Source: Candidatus Nanopusillus acidilobi (lineage in GTDB: Archaea > Nanobdellota > Nanobdellia > Nanobdellales > Nanobdellaceae). Taken from it: a stretch of DNA of 32,000 nt. Every line of letters begins with the position of its first letter. Position 1 is the stretch's first letter. A model generated the notes under the pieces. The model did not search any database. It was not told the origin of the DNA and was given only the letters and a program-made list of their open reading frames with translations. Shown in pieces: positions 17,462 through 26,520 of this stretch. The stretch covers positions 420,001-452,000 of the forward strand of contig CP010514.1 of NCBI GenBank assembly GCA_001552015.1. The letters are read 5' to 3'. A program made the position numbers and the translations under genes.

Positions 17462-18079
17462 ATGGCATATAATAAAAAGTATGCTGATTGGAGTAAAAAG
17501 GTATGGGTAGATATATATGCACCTGTAGAAATATTTAATGAAAATAAAATTGGAGAAACACCAGCAAATAAGGATGATGTTGAAGAAATAATTGGGAGAT
17601 CTGTAGACCTAAATCTTGCATTTATATTAAATAATTTTAAATATCAGAACTACAAAGTTATATTTCAGATAAATAAAATATCGGGATTAAAAGCTTATAC
17701 AGAAGTAAAGGAAATAATGTTATATCCATCATATATAAGAAGAATAACAAGGAAAGGAACATCAAAGATAGAAGATTCATTTATAGTAAAAACAAATGAT
17801 GGATATGAAGTGAAAATAAAACCATTAGTTATTACAAGATTTAAAGCACATAGATCACAAAGAGCTGAAATAAGAAAAACATATAGAAAATATTTAGAAG
17901 AAAAAGTTTCTTCATTAAAATATTATGAATTAATTGAAAAGGTAATAAATTATGATTTACAAAATGAGATAAAACCAACATTAAATAAAATATTTCCTGT
18001 TAGTAATGTTGAAATAAGGAGAATAACAAAAATAAGTCAAATTAAGCAGGAAATTCCACAAACAGTAGAAAATAAATAA
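17462..18079 (+). CDS. rps3ae: 30S ribosomal protein S3Ae (eS1)
   Basis: DWSKKVWVDIYAP..F...IGET.A......IGR, followed by KVIFQINKISG..AYTEV and an IRR...S...D.F.V.T.DGY pattern. The 205-aa size is typical of S3Ae. Confidence 0.88.
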   Translation: MAYNKKYADWSKKVWVDIYAPVEIFNENKIGETPANKDDVEEIIGRSVDLNLAFILNNFKYQNYKVIFQINKISGLKAYTEVKEIMLYPSYIRRITRKGTSKIEDSFIVKTNDGYEVKIKPLVITRFKAHRSQRAEIRKTYRKYLEEKVSSLKYYELIEKVINYDLQNEIKPTLNKIFPVSNVEIRRITKISQIKQEIPQTVENK

Positions 18080-19228
18080 TTATTTTTTAATTTCTATTAA
18101 AAATCCTTTAAGATATGACAATTCTTTATGAGGAAATATAACTTTATGATCTAAAGCCTGATTAAATTTATACAATATTTCAAATTTCTTATTTTTTCTC
18201 CTTATTAATGTTCTAATTAATGAATAAAATTTTCTTTCATTCAAATCCTGAGAACATGAAAATGTTATTAAATATCCTTCATCAATTAAATCTAAAGCAA
18301 TAGAATTTATTAATATAAAACTCCTAATCCCCTTTTCATAATTTTCTGCCAATAAATCTGGAGGATCCAATATAATTATATCAAATTTTCTTTTTTCTAA
18401 ATAAAATTGCTTTAATATTCTATATGCATTATCATTTATAACATTATAATTTTCTATATTATTTAATTTCAAATTCTTATATAACATACTAATTGATTCT
18501 TTATTTTTTTCAATAAAATATTTTTCTTCTCCATTAATAATTATACCAAAAGGTCCTGAATAAGAAAATACATCCAAAATTTTATCTCCATATAATTGAT
18601 TTACAATCTTTCTATTTTCTCTTTGATCTAAAAACCATCCCGTCTTTTGTCCTTTTAATATATTTACATAAAATTTTTTATTGACTTCTTCTATTTCAGT
18701 TTCATATTTATTTCCATAAATAAATCTTTCTATAGGTTTTAAATATGATCTTTCTCTCTGTTTTCCAATACTTTTTTCATAAATTGTAATATTTTTCCCA
18801 TATATATCTATTAATGAATCCTTAATTAGATTAATATTTTTATCAAAAAATGCATTTGAATTTTGTATTACAAATATATCATTATATTTATCTATAATTA
18901 AACCTGATAAAAAATCGGATTCTGAATATACTAATCTATAATGATTTTTATAATTTATTGTTTTTTCTCTATATTCTTTTGCTTTCTTTATTTTTTCCTT
19001 TATTTCATTATATATATCTATATTCTCATTATATGAAAATATTCTAATATAATGATATTGATCTTTTGGATTTATTATTCCCCAAGCTAGAAAATTATTA
19101 TTATATTTTAATTTAACCAATTCTCCAGGTTCAGCTTCAATTTTTTTAATCCAATTTGTAGAAAAAACCTGTCTTCCCTTTTTTATCTCTCTTTTTACCC
19201 TTTCCCCAACTTTAATTTCATATTGCAT
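18080..19228 (-). CDS. class I SAM-dependent RNA methyltransferase, RlmI-like, with N-terminal PUA-like domain
   Basis: 382 aa. QKTGWFLDQRENR, motif I-like LDVFSYSGPFG and FDIIILDPPDLL (the DPP motif) match RlmI/PH1915-type enzymes. The start overlaps the upstream gene by 11 nt. Confidence 0.75.
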   Translation of the reverse strand: MQYEIKVGERVKREIKKGRQVFSTNWIKKIEAEPGELVKLKYNNNFLAWGIINPKDQYHYIRIFSYNENIDIYNEIKEKIKKAKEYREKTINYKNHYRLVYSESDFLSGLIIDKYNDIFVIQNSNAFFDKNINLIKDSLIDIYGKNITIYEKSIGKQRERSYLKPIERFIYGNKYETEIEEVNKKFYVNILKGQKTGWFLDQRENRKIVNQLYGDKILDVFSYSGPFGIIINGEEKYFIEKNKESISMLYKNLKLNNIENYNVINDNAYRILKQFYLEKRKFDIIILDPPDLLAENYEKGIRSFILINSIALDLIDEGYLITFSCSQDLNERKFYSLIRTLIRRKNKKFEILYKFNQALDHKVIFPHKELSYLKGFLIEIKK

Positions 19229-20543
19229 ATTCTGTTGATAATATTAAATAATACAAACCCGAATCTATATTACCCATATCTATTAAATCTTTTCCAAATT
19301 GTAAATAATTGTAAGAAGTTATAGAAAATCCATATTTATTATAGTAGTAATAATCTAACTGCTCTATTGCTTCTATAGTATAATTACTAACATAATTTGT
19401 ACTATTACTTATATATAAGAAATATAAATTAGATAAATAGTCCATTTTTTCAAAACAAGATAGATTTAATGGCAATTGATATTGATATAAATATTGTATT
19501 AACGTATATTGTTGATCTATTAATGAACATTCATTTTCTTTATATATATTATTTGTTATTGATAAAAATTGTGCCCAACCAACTGCAGAATAATATCTCC
19601 AATATGCTTCTTGTAAATTATTCAAAGTTTCATTTGCATCTTCTAATCTTGATATTACTTGATATTTTATTTCTTCACATTCATAATTTCCAAAGCATTG
19701 ATAATTATTTATATAATTATAAAAATCTGTTATATTTTTTTCTAATTCTTCTTCAGTTATATTTGGATAAAATTTTGGGTTAGTAACTTTTTGTTCAAAA
19801 CATAAACTTGCTGCTGTATAATAATCTCCTAAGGAAATATAATAATTTACAGTACTATTATTTATTCCACTACATATTTCATTCGTTATATTTTTCATAA
19901 CATCAATATAATCCTGAGGAACATTATATGTATTATTAAATTGCTCTCCTAAATATATATTTTCTAAATTAAGTATTGTATACGCTGGTATTATTTTAGA
20001 ATTATTATAATATGGAGCTACCATATATGGAAAATATTGTAAAGTTGCACTTAGTTTATATTTAATACCTTCAACTGGTGCTATTATTCCATTTGGTAAC
20101 ATAAAACCTGTAATTGGATAATTAACTATTGCAGTTTTATTTAATAAAGCTTCTAAAATAAGTAAAGTCAATCCTGCAGTACCAGAAAATCCTTCTGCAA
20201 ACAATACATCATTTGAACTAAAATAATAATCATAATCATTACATCTATTTGGATATAAATTACACACAGCAACCTTCGCAAATAAATATGCTAAATTATA
20301 GTTATCATAAAATACAGGGGGTATTGAAGCATATACTCTTCCAGAACCTGGAGATATTCTTAAGAAAAATTGTGTAACTTCTCCAGATAAATTATTTGAT
20401 TGATTTAGAACTGCAGGAATATATACCGAATATTCATTGCTATATAAAAAGCTAGACCTTTCATTATATAATAAAAAAGCTAATAGAAATGCTATCAATA
20501 CTATAGATAATGTAATTGCATATCTTTTATTCATTTTATTCAA
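19218..20543 (-). CDS. membrane-anchored protein with Lon-like (peptidase S16) domain and Y/N/C-rich C-terminal domain
   Basis: N-terminal TM helix AITLSIVLIAFLLAFLLY. LRISPGSGRVYA....EGFSGTAGLTLLILEALL....ITGFMLPNGIIAPVEGIKYKLSA parallels the Lon proteolytic-domain blocks GPSAG...TGE...PIGG.KEK. Candidate Ser120 (20184-20186) and Lys163 (20055-20057) are 43 residues apart, the same spacing as E. coli Lon S679/K722. The protein carries at least 13 N-x-S/T sequons. Confidence 0.6.
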   Translation of the reverse strand: MNKMNKRYAITLSIVLIAFLLAFLLYNERSSFLYSNEYSVYIPAVLNQSNNLSGEVTQFFLRISPGSGRVYASIPPVFYDNYNLAYLFAKVAVCNLYPNRCNDYDYYFSSNDVLFAEGFSGTAGLTLLILEALLNKTAIVNYPITGFMLPNGIIAPVEGIKYKLSATLQYFPYMVAPYYNNSKIIPAYTILNLENIYLGEQFNNTYNVPQDYIDVMKNITNEICSGINNSTVNYYISLGDYYTAASLCFEQKVTNPKFYPNITEEELEKNITDFYNYINNYQCFGNYECEEIKYQVISRLEDANETLNNLQEAYWRYYSAVGWAQFLSITNNIYKENECSLIDQQYTLIQYLYQYQLPLNLSCFEKMDYLSNLYFLYISNSTNYVSNYTIEAIEQLDYYYYNKYGFSITSYNYLQFGKDLIDMGNIDSGLYYLILSTEYAI

Positions 20544-21438
20544 AATAGAGAAAATCTTTATAAATCACATTATCATTCAATTTTAAAGAATCAAGTGATT
20601 CATATAAATTATTTAAATAGGTACTTATTGTTTTTGGATTATATTTTGTTCTAAAATCAATTTTAAAGTAATATATATTTCTCCCATTCATATATATAGT
20701 TTCTTCATCCTTTAACTCCAAATAATAAGCATCATATTTATGTGAATCACTTATAATTCTATTAAAATTCTGTTTTATTATTCTTCTTGCATTATATAAA
20801 TGTTCTATATCTGTAGAATAAAGAATAATACTTCCATGAGATTCGATTCCTTCAATATTTTCAATTAAGCCAAGTTCTATTGTTTTTAATAATAAATATT
20901 GATATATTGCTAATTGAGTTGAAACTGTTCTTACTCTATTGAGAACTTTTTTAATAAGGGACTCGTCTTCTTTTGATTTAGACTTGGTATAAAAGCTAGA
21001 AAGATTAAAAGATTTTATTTCATAAATCTTTGCTTTTTTCATCTTATCTTCAAAATTCAGGCCATCAGGTTCTCCAACCATTAGTATAGGACACCCTTTC
21101 TTATCACATTTATCATAATAATATTCAATAAGATATCCATTATGATATTCAATTGATATTAAATAATATTGCTTAGATTGAGTTCTCAATCTTTCCATAT
21201 TTTCAAAATATTCTGCAAATTCTTTATTTTTTCCTGATCTAATTTCTCCTTTTTCATTAAAATCTTCTAAAAGAAAAGTTGCAGCTACTGTAAGTATATT
21301 TCCATATTTATTTTTTATATTTTTTAAAAATTCGTTTAATTTCTTTAGATATGAATTATCATCATTAGGACTACTAGTTTTCTTATCTATTTTTCTTATT
21401 AAATCATCTAATGTTGTTACTCCCCAATGATTAGACAT
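20536..21438 (-). CDS. hypothetical protein (300 aa)
   Basis: First ORF of the tightly overlapping 20536-21438 / 19218-20543 / 18080-19228 operon. No TM helix and no recognised motif. Confidence 0.6.
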   Translation of the reverse strand: MSNHWGVTTLDDLIRKIDKKTSSPNDDNSYLKKLNEFLKNIKNKYGNILTVAATFLLEDFNEKGEIRSGKNKEFAEYFENMERLRTQSKQYYLISIEYHNGYLIEYYYDKCDKKGCPILMVGEPDGLNFEDKMKKAKIYEIKSFNLSSFYTKSKSKEDESLIKKVLNRVRTVSTQLAIYQYLLLKTIELGLIENIEGIESHGSIILYSTDIEHLYNARRIIKQNFNRIISDSHKYDAYYLELKDEETIYMNGRNIYYFKIDFRTKYNPKTISTYLNNLYESLDSLKLNDNVIYKDFLYFE

Positions 21439-21460
21439 AATTGATAATATTAATATTATC

Positions 21461-21470
21461 TATTTATAAA
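21461..21470 (-). promoter_or_regulatory. TATA-box-like element for the 300-aa ORF operon
   Basis: The minus strand reads TTTATAAATA immediately after the tRNA-Ser 3' end. It is centred about 27 nt upstream of the ATG at 21438, which fits a leaderless transcript. Confidence 0.45.
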
Positions 21471-21554
21471 CGCCGCGGGTGGGATTTGAACCCACGCCCC
21501 CTTTCGGGGAATGGATTAGCAATCCATCCCCTTGGGCCACTCGGGCACCGCGGC
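21471..21554 (-). tRNA. tRNA-Ser (anticodon GCU), class II with long variable arm
   Basis: The reverse complement is GCCGCGGTGCCCGAGTGGCCCAAGGGGATGGATTGCTAATCCATTCCCCGAAAGGGGGCGTGGGTTCAAATCCCACCCGCGGCG. It has acceptor GCCGCGG/CCGCGGC, anticodon stem ATGGA/TCCAT with loop TTGCTAA, variable arm CCCC-GAAA-GGGG and T arm GTGGG-TTCAAAT-CCCAC. 84 nt, no CCA. Confidence 0.92.
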
Positions 21555-21588
21555 ATATTAAATTTTTTAAAAATTATTATTTATAACT

Positions 21589-21996
21589 TTAAGTTGATAT
21601 GTTATATTCTATATCATATAAAACATTATTAAAAGGATATAATAATTGAATTAATGTTTTATTCTCAATAATTATATTTTTTACATAGCATAATACTGAT
21701 TGATTTGAATGTACTATTTTATTTTCACATGTTAGATTATAAATATCCCCAGTTATATTTAATATAAAATTAGAAGTATTTATATATGGCAATTGATAAT
21801 CAGTTATATTTAAATATAATGTATTATTTACATAACTTACATTATATTGATATGGATTTGGATAAAACGTAATATTTATTGGCATATTTTCTGAACTACC
21901 TAAATTTTTGCTAAACAATTTATAAAAAATTATATAAAATATTACAAAAAATATTACTGTAAACACAATAAATGTTATTATATCTTCTTTTTTCAT
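21589..21996 (-). CDS. small N-terminally anchored, sequon-dense putative surface glycoprotein (135 aa)
   Basis: TM helix IITFIVFTVIFFVIFYIIFY, then ~105 aa carrying 10 N-x-S/T sequons (NIT, NVS, NNT, NIT, NTS, NIT, NLT, NQS, NKT, NIS) and 2 Cys. Confidence 0.6.
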   Translation of the reverse strand: MKKEDIITFIVFTVIFFVIFYIIFYKLFSKNLGSSENMPINITFYPNPYQYNVSYVNNTLYLNITDYQLPYINTSNFILNITGDIYNLTCENKIVHSNQSVLCYVKNIIIENKTLIQLLYPFNNVLYDIEYNIST

Positions 21997-22032
21997 TTAA
22001 AATTTTTTAAGAATAAAACTTAAAAAATATTA

Positions 22033-22239
22033 ATGAAAAAAATAAGAGTATTTATTGAAAGATACTTTACTGAGAATGATATTGAATTTAATGGAAATAC
22101 TGTAAAAGATTTACTAAATATGCTAAACTTAGATTCTTCAAGATTTATTGTTGTAAAAAATGGGGAAATTGTAACAGAAGATGATATAATAAATGATGGG
22201 GATTATATAAAAATATTGGATTCTGTTTCTGGAGGATAA
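22033..22239 (+). CDS. ThiS/MoaD-family ubiquitin-like small protein ending in Gly-Gly (SAMP-like)
   Basis: 68 aa. The beta-grasp-like pattern ...VVKNGEIV..DDIINDGDYIKILDSVSGG ends with the stop directly after GG. Confidence 0.7.
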   Translation: MKKIRVFIERYFTENDIEFNGNTVKDLLNMLNLDSSRFIVVKNGEIVTEDDIINDGDYIKILDSVSGG

Positions 22240-22270
22240 ACTTATAATATCTAAAATATTTTTCTATTTT

Positions 22271-23188
22271 ATGTATGACCCATTTTATTTAGATTATTAT
22301 TCAATAACTAAAAAATATGAAAATCTTGAGGAATTAGATTACAAAAAGGCATTAATATCTGGAATGGGGGGATCTGGAATTTATGGAGATTATACAAAAC
22401 AAATATTAAATGATAAAGAAATAGTTGTTTGTAAAGATTATTTTTTACCAAAATTTATTGATAAAGATTGGTTAACAATATTTATATCATATTCAGGAGA
22501 TACTGAAGAAACATTAAATTGTATGAATGAAGCAATAAATAATGGAAACAAAATTATAGCAATTTCTTCTGGAGGAGAAATGGAAAAAATAGCTAAAGAA
22601 AAAAATCTATATTATATAAAAATTGATAATATCTATCCAGCAACAAGGTATACATTTCCAGTAATTTTGGGAATAATTTTGTCAATATTAGATAAGAAAA
22701 AATATTATGAACTATTAGAAATATTAAAAGACTATAGAGAAAGATTAAAGGATCTGTCAATATTTGTAAATGATGTAAAAAATCCAATAATGATTTATAC
22801 TGATGTAAAACATGAACCTGTTGCTTTAGCATTAAAAATGCATCTAAATGAAGATGCAAAATGGTTCTCTGAATATGGAATAATTTCAGAATATAATCAT
22901 CATGATTTAGAAGGTATATCAAAATTAAATATAGATTTTATTTTATTAAAATTTAATTATTATGAAAGAATTGAATATAGAATAAATTATATGAAAGATC
23001 TGTTGGAAATGTATGGAAATAATGTTCTTTTATTTGATCTAAAATATAGAAATTTAATGGAAGAATTAGTTTTAGGTACATTATCATTAAGGACTTTTAC
23101 ATTGAAATTAGCAGAAAAGAATAATGTAGATCCTTATCATAGTAAAAACATTGCTGGATTAAAAGCATTTTTAAAAAATATTAAATAG
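22271..23188 (+). CDS. bifunctional phosphoglucose/phosphomannose isomerase (archaeal PGI/PMI, SIS domain)
   Basis: ISGMGGSGIYGD, FISYSGDTEETLN and IAISSGGEM blocks. The 305-aa size matches the crenarchaeal PGI/PMI family. Confidence 0.78.
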   Translation: MYDPFYLDYYSITKKYENLEELDYKKALISGMGGSGIYGDYTKQILNDKEIVVCKDYFLPKFIDKDWLTIFISYSGDTEETLNCMNEAINNGNKIIAISSGGEMEKIAKEKNLYYIKIDNIYPATRYTFPVILGIILSILDKKKYYELLEILKDYRERLKDLSIFVNDVKNPIMIYTDVKHEPVALALKMHLNEDAKWFSEYGIISEYNHHDLEGISKLNIDFILLKFNYYERIEYRINYMKDLLEMYGNNVLLFDLKYRNLMEELVLGTLSLRTFTLKLAEKNNVDPYHSKNIAGLKAFLKNIK

Positions 23189-23248
23189 AAGTCTATTTCT
23201 GATTTTGTTGATGATAATTTTTTTAACTTATAAATCAATATTTAGTTT

Positions 23249-23812
23249 ATGGAATGGTATAATAAAGATGAAATGAAAAAGTTAATAACTAGGAAAAACT
23301 CTGTCCTTGTAGTATGGGATGTACAAGAAGCTCTAGTTAACTCAATATTTAATAAAGACGAATTTCTTGCCAAACTTAAAGAATTAATTGACTCTGCCAG
23401 GCAATACAATATCCCAATAGTTTACACCAAAATAACACCCTTACCAGAAAGATTTCAACCTCCATACTTAAAAAGAACGTTTAATCCAGGCGACATAGTC
23501 AAAGAAGTATATCCTAAAGAAAATGATATAATACTAAATAAAAACACGTCTTCTATATTTGTAGGGACTAACTTTGAGCTTATGTTAAGAAATGCTGGGA
23601 TAAATGTTATTGTTTTCACAGGAATTGCTACAGAGATCGGAGTAGAGACATCAGCAAGACATGCCCAAGCTTTAGGATTCTTACCAGTAATAGCTAGAGA
23701 AGCAGTATCTTCATCTGACAAACAAGCTCATGAAAGATCTTTAGCTAACATGAGTAAATTAATGTTAGTTCTAGATAATAAAGAAATAATAGAAAGGTGG
23801 AGTTCTGAATAA
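23249..23812 (+). CDS. isochorismatase-family (cysteine hydrolase fold) protein lacking the nucleophile Cys
   Basis: [10 protein letters not shown] (Asp), [19 protein letters not shown] (Lys) and [20 protein letters not shown]. The usual G.aT..CV..T motif has Gly (codon 23639-23641) in place of Cys. Confidence 0.78.
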   Translation: MEWYNKDEMKKLITRKNSVLVVWDVQEALVNSIFNKDEFLAKLKELIDSARQYNIPIVYTKITPLPERFQPPYLKRTFNPGDIVKEVYPKENDIILNKNTSSIFVGTNFELMLRNAGINVIVFTGIATEIGVETSARHAQALGFLPVIAREAVSSSDKQAHERSLANMSKLMLVLDNKEIIERWSSE

Positions 23813-23904
23813 TTGAAATTTTTTAAATCATTTCAAACTTTATTAATCATAATAATTAGTACTTAAGTAGCTATTTATAAACACAATCTTTATCTAAAAT
23901 AGAT

Positions 23905-24459
23905 ATGAAAATAGAAATAGATGGTAAATTATTGCACATAATAGAAGGATCAAGTGAAAGAGTTAAAGATTATTTAGATTTTATGAATAGACTTTCTCAA
24001 GATCCTGACAATTATACATTAAGTAGATATAGTAAAATAGATGAACAGAAAATTATTGATGGATCCAAATCTTGGGGAAAAAGTACTATTATGATATTGG
24101 CATACAATGATTCTAAAGTTGTAGGCTTTTTTCAAGCAACACGTGGTAAATATTTTGGTCTTGAGAGACAATTTCATATTGCAGAAATAGCCTATGCAGT
24201 AGATAAAGAATTCAGAGGTAAAGGATTAATATATGTTCTCTTTAATGAAGCAATAAAAAGACTTGAAGGTGTAAAAATACTTACCGCATGGGTAGATGAA
24301 AGGAATATAAGATCCAGGAAACTTCTAATAAAATTAGGATTTAAAGAAGCCTGCAAAATTAATGAATTCATATACTCCCAGATAGAGAAAACATTCTGTA
24401 ATCTTATAATGTATGTAGGAAATATAGATATAGTCAAGACTAAATTAGAAAGGAGCTAG
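23905..24459 (+). CDS. GNAT-family N-acetyltransferase
   Basis: VVGFFQA......IAEIAYAVDKEFRGKGLIYVLFNEAIKRLE matches the acetyl-CoA binding motif A (R-x-x-G-x-G). The 184-aa size fits. Confidence 0.75.
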   Translation: MKIEIDGKLLHIIEGSSERVKDYLDFMNRLSQDPDNYTLSRYSKIDEQKIIDGSKSWGKSTIMILAYNDSKVVGFFQATRGKYFGLERQFHIAEIAYAVDKEFRGKGLIYVLFNEAIKRLEGVKILTAWVDERNIRSRKLLIKLGFKEACKINEFIYSQIEKTFCNLIMYVGNIDIVKTKLERS

Positions 24460-24564
24460 CAAAGAGAAATTATAATTTATATGAAGAATAATTTATATTA
24501 ATAGATTAAATTAGAATTTAAATATTTCAAATTTCTATGAAATTTTTACTTTATCAATAAAAGA

Positions 24565-24578
24565 TTTTTTCGAAAAAG
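24565..24578. terminator. possible bidirectional oligo-T terminator in a convergent intergenic region
   Basis: ATTTTTTCGAAAAAG contains the palindrome TTTTTCGAAAAA. It gives a T6 run on the + strand and a T5 run on the - strand, between the GNAT and ABC permease 3' ends. Confidence 0.35.
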
Positions 24579-24637
24579 AGTACTACTCCATCTTTTTAAC
24601 TCAAAAAAATAGTAAACAAAAAAGGAAAAATAATTTT

Positions 24638-25522
24638 TTAAGAACTAATATACTTCCATGATAAAATTATACCAACTATAGAGAGAACTGTAGCAAATAC
24701 TACTAGATATATAAAATCTATTGTTAGATTTGTTTGTATACCTAGCAACATTCCCCTTATTACTGCATTTGAATAAGTTAATGGATTTATCTCAGCAATT
24801 GGTTTTAACCAGGAAGGCATTGAATTTACAGGATAAAATGCATTACTGGTAAATAGTAATGGCAGATTGAGTAAGTTCATAACTGCCATTTGTGACTCCC
24901 ATGAACTTGCTCTAATAGCTATCATCAAAAATAGAGAAGAAAGTCCAAAGGACATCAAGAATAAAGCAGCATAAGCTCCAAGAAAGTCAAAGATATTTAT
25001 CCCTGGATAAAATGACATCCCTAACAATACTGCCACAACTAATACAATAGTAGCTTGTACTAAAGATCTAATTACTGAAGATAATACTTTACTTATAATT
25101 ATGTTACTCCTTGATACTGGGGTTGTTAAAAGCCTATCTAGTACTCCCAACCTTCTATCCCATACCATTGACATACCACTTTGCATTGAAGTAAACAAAG
25201 ATATAAAAGATAACATTCCAGCAGCTAGGTAAGAAAAATAATCTGTTGTTCCAAAGGTTTGTTTCAATATTTCCTGCCCGATTTGATCAATTATACTTTT
25301 AGGTATATTCAACCCAGGTATTGAAATAGCTGTACCAGAGAAAAGACTTCCTATATTCATAGCTTTACCGAACAATGCTATCCAAAATATTGGTTGTATA
25401 ATAGATAATAAAAGAATTACTGGAGCCTTATACCATTTCTTTAACTCCCTGTTTGTTAAAGTCCACAAACCATGGAGAGGAGATCTATCTACTTCCTCTC
25501 TCTTTTGTATTTCTTCAACCAT
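24638..25522 (-). CDS. ABC-2 type transporter permease
   Basis: 294 aa with about 6 TM helices. The layout (LTNRELKKWYKAP...., then hydrophobic segments) is typical of ABC-2 exporters. The start lies 2 nt after the ATPase stop. Confidence 0.8.
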   Translation of the reverse strand: MVEEIQKREEVDRSPLHGLWTLTNRELKKWYKAPVILLLSIIQPIFWIALFGKAMNIGSLFSGTAISIPGLNIPKSIIDQIGQEILKQTFGTTDYFSYLAAGMLSFISLFTSMQSGMSMVWDRRLGVLDRLLTTPVSRSNIIISKVLSSVIRSLVQATIVLVVAVLLGMSFYPGINIFDFLGAYAALFLMSFGLSSLFLMIAIRASSWESQMAVMNLLNLPLLFTSNAFYPVNSMPSWLKPIAEINPLTYSNAVIRGMLLGIQTNLTIDFIYLVVFATVLSIVGIILSWKYISS

Positions 25523-25524
25523 CT

Positions 25525-26520
25525 TTATCCTCTAGCTCTTCTTAAAGTTCTTCTCATTGCAAATACTTCCTTTGAATCAGCCTCTTCATCTCTCATTTTT
25601 CTACCTGTATACTCCATATAAACCTCATCCATTGTAGGCTCTGTTATTGACATTTTAGTTACTTTAACTCCATTCCTTATTAATCTTTCAAGAATTTTGG
25701 GAGCCATTTCTTCTCCATCCTTTACTTTTATCCTTAGCATATTATCAACTTTCTTTATATCTAATATACCATCAAGATTTTGTAATAACTTCATAGCTTC
25801 ATCATCATTTGAAGTACTTAAAGTAATTACATCACCTCCTATACTTTCTTTTAATTCTTTAGGTGATCCTATAGCAAGTATCTTACCATGATCAATTATA
25901 GCTATTCTATCAGCGTAAAGATCAGCTTCCTCTAAGTAATGGGTAGTAACAAATATAGTCATACCATATTCTTTTTTAAGCTTCATAATATAGTTCCAAA
26001 TTGCACTTCTAGTTTGGGCATCCAAACCTATAGTTGGTTCATCTAAGAATAAAATCTTTGGTCTACTAATTAAAGACATTGCTATTTCTAATCTCCTTCT
26101 CATTCCTCCACTATATGTTTGTACTTTTCTATTCATTGCTTGAGTTAATTCAACCATATCTAATAACTCCTTAGCTCTTTCTTTAGCCACATCCTTCTTT
26201 ATACCATAAAGCCCGGCCATCATCATCATATTTTCCCATCCTGTTAAATCCTCATCTGCAGTGAATTCTTGAGGTACTACTCCAATAGAATTCCTTACTT
26301 TTGCTGGTTCTTTAATTATATCATAACCATTAACTATAGCAGTTCCTTCAGTAGGTTTTAATACAGTAGTTAGCATTTTTATTGTAGTTGATTTTCCAGC
26401 ACCATTAGGTCCTAGGAAACCAAATATTTCTCCCTCTTTAACTTCAAAATTTATATGATCAACTGCTATAAACTTACCAAAAGCCTTAGTAAGGTTTATT
26501 GCCTTTATTGCTTCACCCAC
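25525..26520 (-). CDS. ABC transporter ATP-binding protein (DrrA/NatA-like exporter ATPase)
   Basis: Walker A GPNGAGKST, Q-loop VVPQE, signature YSGGMRRRL, Walker B ILFLDEPTIGLD, H-loop TTHYLEE. The GTG start at 26520 has no in-frame ATG upstream before a stop. Confidence 0.92.
   Translation of the reverse strand: MGEAIKAINLTKAFGKFIAVDHINFEVKEGEIFGFLGPNGAGKSTTIKMLTTVLKPTEGTAIVNGYDIIKEPAKVRNSIGVVPQEFTADEDLTGWENMMMMAGLYGIKKDVAKERAKELLDMVELTQAMNRKVQTYSGGMRRRLEIAMSLISRPKILFLDEPTIGLDAQTRSAIWNYIMKLKKEYGMTIFVTTHYLEEADLYADRIAIIDHGKILAIGSPKELKESIGGDVITLSTSNDDEAMKLLQNLDGILDIKKVDNMLRIKVKDGEEMAPKILERLIRNGVKVTKMSITEPTMDEVYMEYTGRKMRDEEADSKEVFAMRRTLRRARG

Noticed and set aside
21441-21632. 63-aa plus-strand ORF from the track
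   Set aside because: It is the antisense translation of tRNA-Ser (RRGWDLNPRPLSGNGLAIHPLGPLGHRG) plus intergenic AT-rich sequence. It is not a gene.
23199-23230. C/D-box-like motif CTGA-N5-TTGATGA-N12-CTTA in the PGI/isochorismatase spacer
   Set aside because: The C'-like box starts with U instead of a purine. The D position reads CTTA rather than CTGA. No C box lies at the required distance upstream, and the guide would be almost pure A/T.
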